64,000 nt of DNA from the NCBI RefSeq assembly GCF_902652985.1, contig NC_047033.1, positions 4,402,001 through 4,466,000 of the forward strand, written 5' to 3'. The position numbers and the translations under genes were made by a program. The DNA is from Pecten maximus. Its lineage: Eukaryota. Numbering within the stretch: the stretch's first letter is position 1; every line of letters begins with the position of its first letter. The notes beneath the pieces were generated by a model, which saw only the letters and a program-made list of their open reading frames with translations, was not told where the DNA came from and made no database searches. Shown in pieces: positions 1 to 14,400 of the stretch.

Positions 1-396
1 ACAACGGGGTGATTGTGTGATGTCGTGAAAAATACGACTACTGATAAAAAAGCTACTGTGAAATGAACACGGAATTACATCTCGTTTGGAGATATAAATT
101 AATCACTATGTTTTATGACATATTTAATTTTAAGTTAGTATGTTCATTTACAAATCAGCTATCGCAGATCATCGATGTCACTATATTATTGACATATAAC
201 CAAATAATATAAACACACGTTAAGAATTAGGAGTACAGAGCTTTGCATTGGATATGATGAACTGTATATAATCAATGCCATCAACTATGACACAAATACA
301 AACGGAATTCCATAGAAATATATGTTTAATATACAATTTTGAAATATTGTACGTCTTATCTACATCGCTAGTTTGAAATTTGTACTAATATTAAAT

Positions 397-560
397 GTCA
401 AACAGTAACGGTTTACAATGAAACAGTGATTGACAATTTCAATCAGTAACAATTTACCATAAACCAGAACTAGACAATGTCAAACAGTAACGGTTTACCA
501 CGAATCAGAGCTTGACAAGTCAAACAGTAACGGTTTACCACGAACCAGAGCTTTACAATG
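397..560. repeat. Short ~39-41 bp tandem repeat (about 4 copies)
   Basis: Recurrent gtcaaacagtaacggtttac(c)a...cagag cttgacaa units. Confidence 0.7.
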
Positions 561-1159
561 CCCGTTATTACTGATAGGTTAATGTGCTTAATTTCTTGCT
601 AGAAATGTCACTTTCTGAAGATAATAACTGTAAAATAATTCATGGATTTTCTCGTATATTTAATTTTATTATTGTTCTTCTAAAGACATATTCATTGATC
701 ATGAAATTTCTTGTATGGCATGCTCTGCATGTTACAGGTGTCGTTGTAAATATTCTTCTGTTGCTCTCTCTTTTTAAGCGTAAACATTTAAATCGTGAAA
801 TAAATACTTAATATGTTATTGTTGATATAGTCAAGGAGAAAAAAAAACATTTTCAGCTGATTTTCACGTGGAATATCTATAGCGGACGATTGCATTCAAA
901 TTCAGATGACCGTCTAGGTTGACCAGCACAGTACGTATATTCGAATCGTCTGAGTAAAATAGGATGTTATTAAAATATATGAATATGGAAATTGTATTAA
1001 TAATGTTAAATTTGTTATAAAAATGTCATTTTTGTATTGTTAGGAAGTTACAATAAATTCAGACATTGTTGCATTTTCAAAGCTTGTTGATTTTTATTGA
1101 CGAATATCTACAAAAGCGTTAATACGCAACGGAAAAACGAAAATCCAGATTGACACAAT

Positions 1160-2262
1160 GGTACAGAAATATAAACACAATCATATTAAAATATAAACAA
1201 TCACACAAAAATATAAACAATCACACAAAAATATATACACAATCGTACTAAAATATATATAAAATCATACTAAAATATAAACACAATCACACAAAAATAT
1301 AAACAATCACACAAAAATATATACACAATCGTACTAAAATATATACACAATCGTACTAAAATATATACAAAATCATACAAAAATATAAACACAATCATAC
1401 AAAAAAAATTAAGACAATCATACAAAAATATAAAGACAATCACTCAAAAATATTAATACAATCATACAAAAATATAAAGACAATCACACAAAAATATAAA
1501 CACAGTCACACAAAAAAATAAACACAATAGTACAAAAAAATTCACGATCACACAAAAATACAAACACAGTCATACACAAATATAAACATAATCATCAAAA
1601 AACATACACAAGTATACAAAAATATGTACAAAGTCATACAAAAATATGTACACAATCATACAAAAATATGTACAAAGTCATACAAAAATATGTACACAGT
1701 CATACAAAAATATGTACACAGTCATACAAAAATATGTACACAGTCATACAAAAATATGTACACAATCATACAAAAATATGTACACAATCATACAAAAATA
1801 TGTACAAAGTCATACAAAAATATGTATACAGTCATACAAAAATATGTACACAATCATACAAAAATATGTACAAAGACATACAAAAATATGTACACAGTCA
1901 AACAAAATATGTACAGTCATACAAAAATATGTACACAATCATACAAAAATGTGTTCAAAGTCATACAAAAATATGTACACAATCATACAAAAATATGTAC
2001 AAAGTCATACAAAAATATGTACACAGTCATACAAAAATATGTACAGTCATACAAAAATATGTACACAATCATACAAAAATGCGTACAAAGTCATACAAAA
2101 ATATGTACACAATCATACAAAAATGTGTAAACAATCATACAAAAATATGTACACAATCATACAAAAATGTGTACAAAGTCATACAAAAATATGTACACAA
2201 TCATACAAAAATGTGTTCAAAGTCATACAAAAATATGTACACAATCATACAAAAATATAACA
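1160..2262. repeat. 22-bp minisatellite (ATACAAAAATATGTACACAATC)
   Basis: Directly visible tandem array, degenerate on the left and homogeneous on the right. It produces the repetitive ORFs at 1624-2282. Confidence 0.95.
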
Positions 2263-2392
2263 TGTTACACACAACTTTATAGCATGTAGATGTATTCCTC
2301 ATTTCAAACTCTAATTACATTCGTCTCTTCAAAGTTTATTCCTCGGATATTAAAACACCTTATTGTGCCTACCAGTATATCATACATAACAA

Positions 2393-4785
2393 AACCCGGC
2401 CCAGGAGGCTACTCTGCACTGACGGCTGTACGTGGTAACACATGGCCCAGGAGGCTACTATGCACTGACGGCTGTACGAGGTAACACCCGGCCCAGCAGG
2501 CTTCTCTGCACTGACGGCTGTACCTGGTAACACGCGGCCCAGGAGGCTACTCTGCACTGACGGCTGTACGTGGTAACACCTGGCCCAGGAGGCTACTCTG
2601 CACTGACGGCTGTACGTGGTAACACGCGGCCCAGGAGGCTACTCTGCACTGACGGCTGTACCTGGTAACACCCGACCCAGGAGGCTACTCTGCACTGACG
2701 GCTGTACGTGGTAACACCTGGCCCATGAGGCTACTCTGCACTGACAGTTGTACGTGGTAACACCTGGCCCAGGAGGCTACTCTGCACTGACGGCTGTACG
2801 TGGTAACACCCGGCCCAGGAGGCTACTCTGCACTGACGGCTGTACGTGGTAACACCTGGCCCAGGAGGCTACTCTGCACTGACGGCTGTACCTGGTAACA
2901 CCTGGCCCAGGAGGCTACTCTGCACTGACGGCTGTACGTGGGAACACCTGGCCCAGGAGGCTACTCTGCACTGACGGCTGTACGTGGTAACACCCGGCCC
3001 TGGAGGCTACTCTGCACTGACGGCTGTACCTGGTAACACCTGGCCCAGGAGGCTACTCTGCACTGACGGCTGTACGTGGTAAAACCTGGCACAGGAGGCT
3101 ACTCTGCATTGACGGCTGTACGTGGTAACACCCGGCCCTGGAGGCTACTCTGCACTGACGGCTGTACGTGGTAACACCCGGCCGAGGAGGCTTCTCTGCA
3201 CTGACGGCTGTACGTGGTAACACATGGCCCAGGAGGCTACTCTGCACTGACGGCTGTACCTGGTAACACCTGGTCCTGGAGGCTACTCTGCACTGACGGC
3301 TGAACGTGATAACAGCCTCCTGGACCGGGTGTTACCAGGTACAGCCGTCAGTGCAGACTAGCCTCCTGGTCCAGGTGTTACCACGTACAGCCGTCAGTGC
3401 AGAGTAGCCTCCTGGGCCGGGTGTTACCATGTACAGCCGTCAGTGCAGAGTAGCCTCCTGGGCCGGGTGTTACCACGTACAGCCGTCAGTGCAGAGAAGC
3501 CTCCTGGGTCAGGTGTTACCACGTACAGCCGTCAGTGCAGAGTAGCCTCCTGGACCGGGTGTTACCACGTACAGCCGTCAGTGCAGCGTGGCCTCTTGGG
3601 CCAGCTGTTACCACATTCAGCCGTCAGTGCAGAGTAGCCTCCTGGGCCAGATTTTTCCACGTACAGCCGTCAGTGCAGAGTAGCCTCCTGGACCGGGTGT
3701 TACCACGTTCAGCCGTCAGTGCAGATTAGCCTATTGGGTCAGGTGTTACCACGTACAGCCGTCAGTGCAGAGTAGCCTCCTGGGCCGGGTGTTACCACGT
3801 ACAGCCGTCAGTGCAGAGTAGCCTACTGGACCGGGTGTTACCACGTTCAGCCGTCAGTGCAGATATGCCTATTGGGTCAGGTGTTACCACATTCAGCCGT
3901 CAGTGCAGAGTAGCCTCCTGGACCGGGTGTTACCACGCACAGCCGTCAGTGGAGCGTGGCCTCCTGGGCCAGGTGTTACCACGTACAGCCGTCAGTGCAG
4001 AGTAGCCTCCTGGGCCGGGTGTTACCACGTACAGCCGTCAGTGCAGAGTAGCCTCCTGGGCCGGGTGTTACCACGTACAGCCGTCAGTGCAGAGTAGCCT
4101 CCTGGGCCAGGTGTTACCAGGTACAGCCGTCAGTGCAGAGTAGCCTCCTGGGCCATGTGTTACCACGTACAGCCGTCAGTGCAGAGTAGCCTCCTGGGCC
4201 GGGTGTTACCACGTACAGCCGTCAGTGCAGAGTAGCCTCCTGGGCCGGGTGTTACCACGTACAGCCGTCAGGGCAGAGTAGCCTCCTGGGCCGGGTGTTA
4301 CCACGTACAGCCGTCAGTGCATAGTAGCCTCCTGGGCCAGGTGTTACCACGTACAGCCGTCAGGGCAGAGTAGCCTCCTGGGCCGGGTGTTACCACGTAC
4401 AGCCGTCAGTGCAGAGTAGCCTCCTGGGCCAGGTGTTACCACGTACAGCCGTCAGGGCAGAGAAGCCTCCTGGACCGGGTGTTACCACGTACAGCCGTCA
4501 GGGCAGAGTAACCTCCTGGGCCATGTGTTACCACGTACAGCCGTCAGGGCAGAGTAGCCTCCTGGGCCATGTGTTACCACGTACAGCCGTCAGGGCAGAG
4601 TAGCCTCCTGGGCCATGTGTTACCACGTACAGCCGTCAGGGCAGAGTAGCCTTCTGGGCCAGGTGTTACCACGTATAGCCGTCAGTGCAGAGTAGCTTCC
4701 TGTGCCGGGTGTTACCACGTACAGCCTTCAGTGCAGAGTAGCTTCCTTGGTCAGGTTTTACCACGTACAGTTGTCAGTGAAGAGT
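2393..4785. repeat. 46-bp GC-rich satellite in two oppositely oriented arrays (inversion junction ~3314/3315)
   Basis: About 20 units of CCCGGCCCAGGAGGCTACTCTGCACTGACGGCTGTACGTGGTAACA, followed by about 32 units of the reverse complement. Confidence 0.95.
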
Positions 4786-4829
4786 GACGGCTTAAATGTT
4801 CTAAAATATCAAATGATTTCTTCTAAATA

Positions 4830-5368
4830 ACCAAGATGCCCAAGATCAGAATAGTGGATCAAATCTTTGACTCTCTAATTGAACCTGTCTTCAAATAATT
4901 GAAGATAGGTTCTATTCAATTAGAGATAGGTTCTATTCAATTAGAGATACATTGTAGTTACAATTCAATTAAAGATAGGTACAATTCTATCTTTAATTGA
5001 ATTGAACCTATCTTCAAATACGAACAAATAGGGAAAGGGGACCGCTCCCCTTGTTGACACCAATGCATTAAAGAAAGGTTCAATTGAATTAAAGATAGAT
5101 GCAATTGATTTAAAGATAGGTCCAATAGAATTGAAGATAGGTTTAATTTAATTAAGGATATGCTGTATTTGAAGATAGGTTTAAATCAATTAGAGATAGG
5201 TTCAATTAAAGTAGAGATAGGTTCAATTCAATTAGAGATAGGTTCAATTTAATTAGAGATAGGTTCAATTTAGTTAAAGATAGGTTCAATTGAATTGAAT
5301 TGAACCTATTTTCAAATAATTGAAGATAGGTTTAATTAATTGAATATATGTTAATCCGGCGTTCCATA
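4830..5368. repeat. ~21-bp repeat region (GAGATAGGTTCAATTCAATTA) with units in both orientations; possible non-autonomous DNA transposon
   Basis: Direct and inverted units form local palindromes (aattgaacct.tcttcaaataattgaagataggtt). The TE assignment is tentative. Confidence 0.6.
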
Positions 5369-5497
5369 GACACAGGAAAATGTTTGGTTGATACAGGCCC
5401 GTTGTGTCTCTTGTGTATGTGTTCCAAGAGTTATCTTTCTTCGTTTGATATAAGCGTCTGTGCGACCAAGACGATTAGTTTCCACTTTGTTTACAAT

Positions 5498-8400
5498 ATG
5501 GCGGACAAGAAGAAACCGAACTCTGCAGACGATCGTGTTGTACAAGAGACAGATAGACAATTCCTCGGTAAGCAATGTAGGAATGAAGCACACAGCAAAG
5601 TAAGGTATCGTGTTCAAGGATACGACACAGGCAGTGTCCTTTCCTGGACTTGAACAAGGCTATAGGCTAGCTAACCTTCACTCGCATAGCTTGCCCGACA
5701 CAGCCTGCGTTGTAAAGTTCGTAAATGTAATGCATGTGATCAAAAGGAATGAAAACAGAATAAAAACAAACCAAATAGATATGTGTAAATTTCAAACTGA
5801 TTCAAAGAAATTATTACATTAAAATAATTTGTGTGACTGAAACTGAACGGAAACAAAATGCATAGATCTCGAGTATAATATGAATGAAGGCAAAGCCTTA
5901 GAAGAGCACAGCTATGACAGTAATCACTCATCGTTAATTTGAGATATATTATAAACATCGAGGTTTTTAATTTGAAGTGAGTGTGTATTGGACAAGTTAT
6001 GAAAAACAGGCTTCATTTTCCACACAAAGAAACAAATTACAAAGTTTGTTTTCTCCTGGGAATTTTGGTATACTTAACGTCCTCAATATATGCTAAGACA
6101 ATGAGAACTATAATGTGGAAGTTTGTAATAGAACATCACATACACGATTTTGGAAAGATAGACCAGAGACGTCACGTATATGATGATATACACGTCTCTG
6201 GATAGACTAATACACATATAATGAAATCTCCTCATTCACATGTTTTGATACACACTGTACAATGATAACTTGTGCTATATTTTTCACGATACCTTATTAA
6301 TCACCATATCTAGTAATCTAAGGTCAGGGTGTAAAGAGGTCGACACAGTTAGATTTTTTTAATTATGAACTTTTAATAAAATACAAGTTTTGATAAAATT
6401 TTATGATAAAAAATGCAACAACTACTGCAGTTAATACAGTTTATACCAACTTAGAAAATACAGAAGATATTGAATCGTTTCCCTTGAATTATCCCATACT
6501 TCACAGACAAAAAACTCTTAAAATATATGCGCTGAGAAAGCGCGGGAATCAGTGGCGAAATCTTTGACGTTGAATTCCCATTCTGAATGGGGTTTTTAGT
6601 TGTGCTTACAATGCTGTTGTCTAATGATAATACAATTAAAAACTGTTCTATATAACGCAGCAAACTAACCTCTATTCTACTCTTGCATCCAATTTGATCA
6701 GCACAGAAACTAGGAAGGTTCAGATTTACATGTAGGTAACCAACGAAATATCTCAAGCCAATCAAATTCGCAAAATGCATTTGCCGACGAAGCCTACCTC
6801 GTCAGTCAAAAGAAAAATAGAAATGGTAACTTTTAAATGAATCAGGCCTTTGACATGGGTTATGCGGATATTTCAAGAATTAAGTAATTTGAACTAACTT
6901 TCAGTTATTTGTTTCAACGAGAGAGAAATCATTCAGATCTGGTCCTGTAGGAAACAAGATTTCAAACATGGCTGCCTCTATTGGAGGCGCGCGACTTTTC
7001 CCGCGGGACACGATTTCACAGTTGAAGGGGTATAGACTATTGATTGGAAATATATATATAGCTTATACACGTGTTGTCTTAAAGAGAGCTTCGCTCTCGC
7101 GCACTTTGGGCGCAATGAGCTGCACTCTTATTAAATTAACCGTTACATACAGTAAAGTCGGTGACAATACGTGTCTTTATAATTTTGATATTTTTACGAA
7201 TTTTGTTTCTTACTTTTTTAATTTAAGGAATAAGTCAAAAGTTTAAATTCATGCTATGCTTTCAGGGCTTTTTGTGGCCGTTAATGCCAAATTGAAATTA
7301 TTTCATATTTAAGCCACATTCCCAAAATGTTCAGTTTACTCTTTCCCAATTTACCAATTTTCTTCCCAAAATGAGACAAAAAGGCCCTTCCCAAATCAGT
7401 GAGAATAAGCCCTGACTTTACTCCTGTAACTTAAGTCTAGAGGCTGCTGCATGGTGGGGGTCATTTCTTGTATGCCGAGCCCGAGCTTTGGATATTTTCG
7501 TTTTGCTCCTTAACGAATAGACTGATTAAATCCATTTTTCCTACATTTGTTTGTGTTATTGTTTGTCACATAACCGTGCCAGAAACTCTAATTTAATCCA
7601 CTGTCAGGTATTATTCACTGACAATACACATACATTCTGTAGGTCGGTAACTTTACACAAAGCTCAGGCTCGGTTGAGTTGTCTGCCCTTAGCAGGGGCT
7701 GGCTAGTCTGGTGATCTGAGGCTCGGTTACTAAAAATTCCAAATTGCCAATGAAATAAACCGAGATTGATGTTGAAGTTGATATTTTTAAAAGAAGTTAT
7801 GTTTACTGGTTACATGCATGTATGAATATCACAAAAATAAAGCATGTATTTTAAATAATTTTCGAAAATGTGAATAGTCGCGCTTAAGTACAGGATACAA
7901 GAAATGGACCCCTGAAAAATGAAAATCAGCGATTTCAAGAGTAATATTTATTTTCGTGAAATTTTGCTGGCACGGTTATGTGACAAACAACACCACAAAC
8001 TAATGTAGAAAAAATGGGTTAAATCAGTTCATCCGTTAAGGAGAAAAGCGAAAATATCCAAAGCTCGGGCTCGGGATACAAGAAATGACCCCCATCGAGG
8101 CTGCTGCATGGTTGGCTATATATTATCTCACATTATATACCCAAAGTAACATACACAGGTAATACACGACACCTTTCAAACATTCCCCACTTTATTGAAC
8201 CTCTAACATTGATGGAGTATCTATGTTTTTACTGTGAAACCATTTTAACAGCACAATTTAACAAAATGGACACATTAGGCCTTACTATTTTGATTAATAT
8301 TTAAATTTTGAAGAGTGATCCGCTGAGTGACATACAACTGACTGACTAACAAAACAAAAGGTTATTAATGTTTGTATACTAAGTTTGGTAAATATCGGTT

Positions 8401-11400
8401 TTGTATGAAAAGGATCCTGTTGTTTTGTGATTTCAGAGAGAACAAGTACAGGGACACTAATCAAAGATGTATTGGAGAAAATCATAAGCAACAGACCTGA
8501 GGATCCTATTGCGTTCTTAGCTGATTAGTTAGTTGTACCAGTTTGAAATAAGGAACTGCTGTTCTCGCATAATTCACAGGGTGATCATGCGGTTGCTAGA
8601 GATACTGTAGGATATATTAATCTGGAACAGCTGACATGAGATATATTATTTTTTTTTATATTTATGATGCTACTCACAATCGGGTAGCTATGTAGTGTAA
8701 CTAAAAATATGTCTCAAATTGATAGCATCATCAATTTTTATGCACATTCATGGCTCCTTCTGAGAGCTTTGCAGTGCCATTAATAGGCGCCTTTCCCACT
8801 TATCATTATTTTATATTTAAGCCAAATTCCCAAATGGGAATTTGTAATTTATTCCTGCAAAAGTCTTTCCCATTTCAACAATTTTCTTCCCAAAATGAGA
8901 CAAAAAGGCCCCATCCCTAACCAGTGAGGAAAACCCTGACATTTCATCAGACATTGGTGATGAATAGGTTTCACCACAACTTACATTATGTAACTATTTC
9001 AAGTATGTGATCAAAATAAACAAACATGGGTCTGTACCGTGGACGGGATACACTTTATCTCTTCCCCTATGTAAGAGCTTGACAAGCCAGTCAAACTCTT
9101 ACACTTGGGTTGAGGTATCTTTGTCCACAGAACAGGTCCTGCATGTAATTAATTTGCATATAGTATACGTAGCTAAGCAAATGTATGCTATAATGAAGTG
9201 TACTTATCCTAATTTTACTTTGGTAATTGATTAATATAAAATGTATATATGTTGAAACAAAAGCATTTAAATTTACCATTTTGGTTTGTCAAACGATAGC
9301 ATTTCATTTCATTATAATATTTCTTTGTCTAAAACATTTTTTTATTCAATTTCAGTTTTGATTCTCTAGAAGATGAGACAAATTTAGTGGTGAAGGCCAA
9401 ACAGATTTTAACAATGACCCACCATAGTCGTCCGGTGTTTGAAACCAATGTTAGGATGGCCTACAACCTCTTACAGAAACACAAAATCTCAAAGAAAGTG
9501 TACGGTGTCAATGGGACAGTTTTCACAGACTTAATTAAAGCACTTTGCAAGTAAGTCAGAATTCAAAGGAAATGTACTTAACAATCTGTCATCAGTTTTA
9601 AAATCAAATTTGAAACTCTTAGATTGGATTTCTTCCATTGAACTAATACAAATGCATATACATACATGAAATAAGTATCAGTCTATTTGTTTGTTTAAAA
9701 ATATGAATGATTGACCAATATTTTAGTATGAATCCTGATTTAAGTGTTTTGGAAATATTTGTCTCATTAAGTTATATTCTTATATTACGTTTTGGCAAAA
9801 ACAGCTATTTCAGTAATTCATAATTTTGACTACTTTTTTCCCATTCATAATTAGGCAGCTACAATATGTTGTCCAGAGCTCAGTTAAATTATACTAAACA
9901 CTTGATTAGTGAAAATCTCATTTCTCTTTCTCTGTGTATGTACATGCACATGTACATTGTATATTCTTTAAAATAGGCAGGTAGGAAAAGACCGAAAAGT
10001 GTTATAGAGTTTGGTGAAAAGATTGTAAAGCTAATTTGAAATTACAAAAAATTATTGTATCAGAATTTTAAAATTGTTGTGAAACTAAGATAAGCCTAAT
10101 AAAATCCCCTTTTGAAAAACTCCATTTTCATCAATACATGTACTCCTTAAAGGAAATAACTTGACTCAAACATTTTCATAGGTATGAATTTAAAGAATGT
10201 TTCTTATCTAAGATTTTTTCCTAACCCCAGGCCCAGACCCCTGAGCTTGAACCTACAGTTCTTTTCAACTCCACACTTTAAAATATTTTTTGGCGTTGAC
10301 AACTAAATGAAATACTGTATTTGACCTTATAAGTGCACCTGTTCCTATAAGTGGGCCTCCACCTTTTTTTCAGGAAAAAATGATGGGTTTGCAAATTGAA
10401 ACATAAAATGTTCGATCTTACAAAGTTACGTATACCTCACTGATCTGTCAATGTAATCTCCAGTATTTTAACCAAAGACTCTGGATTGTTTTCACTACAT
10501 AAAGACAAATTTAAATGGGGAAAAAAAAGAAAAAAAAAATCCCAATCACATTCGACATGAAATTATTTCCTTTGCATGGCTTTATCATACACATAACTTT
10601 TGAGTTTTTCTAAGCAAACAGTGGAGAATACATAAGGTAATGCACAGTATAAGGGGAGATAACTTCTAAAAATGTAGGGGAAATAGAGAAAATATGATTT
10701 TAAACAGCAAGAAATAAACAGGAGATAATTGTCCAGAGCATTGACCTCTGACCCCAGTAAATTGTTTATTTTTGTTGTTTGAAATCATGTTTAATATGCC
10801 TTAGTACATTTTTTTAAGAAGTATAGAAATGGCAGCCATCTTGAAAATCTTTTTCAAACTCAAATACTTTCTTTCTATGGGGCTGCAGAGTAATCGGTAT
10901 AAAGTTCTGTTCTGTCCCCCCCCCCCCCCCCCCCCCCCCCTCCTGTATAATTTAAAAGAACTTACCAGTGAAACAGACTCCTTTTTTTCATTTTCAATGT
11001 TTCAAAATTCTATGGGGATGGCTTCTGACCTACATTACCACGACAGCAGCCATGTCGTTACATATTTATGTGTATTTACAAGCTTTATAATGTATTACAG
11101 AGATATTCCTCAGACTGTTCAGAACAAACTATTAAAGAAACTAGAGTGTGCAGAACATGAATGTATCAAGTTTGATGTATTTAGCTCTGGTGTCTTCACT
11201 TGCTGTGTTTTACTTGGTAAGTCTAACCTACATGTACAATACATTATATTGAGGTCATCTCGTTATCCCATTATCTTTTAATTAAGGCTAAATAAAATTA
11301 TGTACTTTGTTCTGGGGCCAATTTTTCCTAAAAAGAAGAGGGAGTCAATTTTTTACCATTTTATTGATAAAAAACAGATGAGGTCAATTTTGTTTTTATA

Positions 11401-14400
11401 ATCAACCAATCAGTATTCATTTTCATATTGACTGCTTCAAAATGAGGGAAACAATGCTTTTTGTACAGATGTAGATATTGTATGTTTTTATTTATTAATA
11501 TTGTTAGTCATTGTTCTTTATTGAGAAATGTTTTTCCAGATTATGTGAAGCTGTCAGAAATGCTGTTCAAGTCTATTGACCTCCAAAAGAGTGGAAAAGC
11601 TGACAAGGTGTTGTGTGAGACCGTTCTAGATCAATTACGAACAGCTTTGGCTAGCAATAAGGCTGATGCCAGGAGGTAAATACTTGTACAGGCACAGGTG
11701 TCTGCTTCTGGTTAATATTGACGAAAAAAAAAATATAAGCCCCCTACTCCGTTTCATTGGCGATGCATCGTTGAATTTCACAACCACTTTTGGTCACTTC
11801 TCATCTGTAAATCAATGTCACATGGCAAAAGAATATCATGCAATGATATTTAAGGATTTTAAACCAAGGTGCATTACTAAAGTTTGTGTGCATTTGATAT
11901 TTTAGTAGGATTGAATTAAATTCAAGATGAATCGTATCTCACCCCCCACTTATGACTGTTCGAGTGTTACTAGAGTAAAAGTGAGGGTTGATATATTTTT
12001 CTATAAATATTGACCAGAAGCAGATGTGATACCGGTGCCCTATACTGATAAGGTCTCCGAGGGTAGCTTTTGTCTTTGACTTGAAACTGAAAAAAAAATT
12101 CAGTATAAATTCATATTTATCCTCCAGGCTTTTTTATTCATATTTAAGCTGAGATCTGCAAATCTATGGTTTATTCCTGGAATTGTGCTTCCCAATTAAC
12201 CAATTTTCTTCACCAAAATGAGATAAAAAGGCCCCGTCCTGAACCGGTGAAAAAAGTCCCTAATTCTCATGATTAAAATTGATTAACTGCTTTAATTATT
12301 CTGTGCATCATCTGACAGACCAGATATTAGAAATGTGCTTTAGTGATCTCATTTTACAAATGATTCCAGTTAAAAATACTTTATATGATTTATTTCTTAA
12401 ATCCACATTTATCTTACATAAACCATCTCTGACCATTGACAAATTTGTCAGTGCTGTATGAATTAATGTAAACAATATTTTTTTGAGTTCAAATAAAATT
12501 TAACTTTTTGGATGTGTAGACTGAACACTGAAATTATATTCAATAATGACCAGGGCCCCACTGAAATTATATTCAATAATGACCAGGGCCCGTATTCATG
12601 AAACTGTACTCATACTCAAACTCAAATTGTTTCCAATAATGACCAGGACTCTGAATAAATGATTTTTTTTCACTTTATCATAGTTTATCTCCCTTTGATT
12701 TCCTCATTGCTTAGAAGCAGATTCATCGAAACAAAATATACATTGAATACATTCTTTATCACATAACTAGTCTTTACTGCCATGTAATACAGCTGAACTG
12801 TATACTATAATTATCATATGACACATGTGTAATAACACTATTGTGACATCATAATTAATGTACATTAAATGTACTAAGGGAGCCGCGGTGGCCGAGTGGT
12901 TAAGGTGTCCCGACACTTGAACACTAACCCTCCACCACTGGGTTGCGAGTTCGAAACCTACGTGCGGCAGTTGCCAGGTACTGACCGTAGGCCGGTGGTT
13001 TTTCTACGGGTACTCCGGCTTTCCTCCACCTCCAAAACCTGTCACGTCTTTAAATGACCCTGGCTGTTAATAGGACGTTAAACAAAAACAAACCAAACAG
13101 TACTAAGACGATTGTCTTTGTAGAAAAACCATAATGTCCAAGAGGCAATTCACCTGTTTTATAAAGAAATTAGATTTTATTAGTTCTCACTTTAGTCCTC
13201 AAAATTAAGAATTATGTGATAAATACATTTTTACACTTTTGACTATGTCATGGAATTTATCAAACTTCTGAAATAATTTGAATTGCCACTCCATGAATGC
13301 TCCTGACATATCAAATTATTGAACTCTTTTGATAAATTCTATATGCATGTTTATATATATTACAAAATTATTAGTGCAAGATCCTGTACATTGTATATGC
13401 AATGCATTACTTGTATGTCGGACTATACAACTGCATACTCTGTTTGGAAGTACACAATATTAGTGTTTTTTTAAATCAATTTGATGTTATCACAAGACTG
13501 TATTCATGATTGAACTCTAATCACAGTTTACAGTATACTACTTGTTGTCCCACAGTTTAATAAATAATTTTGATAAATTCATTACCAGCAGTCTGATCTT
13601 TTATTTTGTTGATGGTACATACAGCCACTTTCAAAGTGAATCATTTCTTTCTCTACAACTACAACTAACAGATAAGCAGTGTTATTTATTGTCCTATAAC
13701 TGGAACACAGTGCACCTCTTTCTTGTTTTAGTATAGCTTATATAGTTAGCTTATATGTATGTTTTTGTTTAGAGAAATAAGAAAATCAGAATCACTCTAT
13801 ATATATATACACTAAGTTAATAAAGTTTTTAATACACAGTACCAAAGCCTTGATTTCTTCAACACAGGTTTTATTTCAGTTAAATTTAAATGTTTGTTGG
13901 TAATTGATCAACTTATTCATTTATAATATATAATATCAATTCTATGAGGTTCGGTATATTTGCTATATTTAAAAAAAAATCTTTTTTTTTATAAATTATA
14001 GGGTAGTGGAGTCAGGCTATAACCTCGGACCTGATGGATTATACTATGCCCTAGACAAGGTAAACAATTTACATATTTTTGAAATTTGAAAATATTTCAA
14101 ATAGTAAATATTGATTTTTTTTTAAGGTAAAAATTAAAATGTTTGTAAGTTTAAAAATATCTTTAATAATAAACATTGAGATCTATGCTCAAAACAAATG
14201 TAAAATGAACTTATTTTAAATTTGATATATTCTTACTGTTTAAATATTAAATGTTTATGCTCAAGACAAGGTAGATATCAATATAGTTTTGAAAATATTT
14301 ATGACTGTAGACTGAACTACATCACAGTCACAATGGTCAGATGGGTTAAAATTTTGCTTAAAATACATCAGTAATATTTACATACTGGTATTGTTAATTA

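Noticed and set aside
1624-4603. Long repetitive ORFs in several frames
   Set aside because: Translations of the 22-bp and 46-bp satellites, open in multiple frames and strands with no gene structure.
2393-4785. CRISPR-like regular repeats (also 14.9, 18.8, 28.8 and 59.4 kb)
   Set aside because: Units are contiguous with no unique spacers, there are no cas genes, and the context is eukaryotic with introns.
6968-7246. ORF MAASIGGARL... with a good-looking start context
   Set aside because: It lies in TPGS1 intron 1, has no recognisable protein similarity and is not needed for the TPGS1 frame. It is probably repeat-derived.
12879-12965. tRNA gene (also at 44419)
   Set aside because: A and B boxes are present, but the sequence continues into a SINE core and tail with TSDs and has no convincing cloverleaf.
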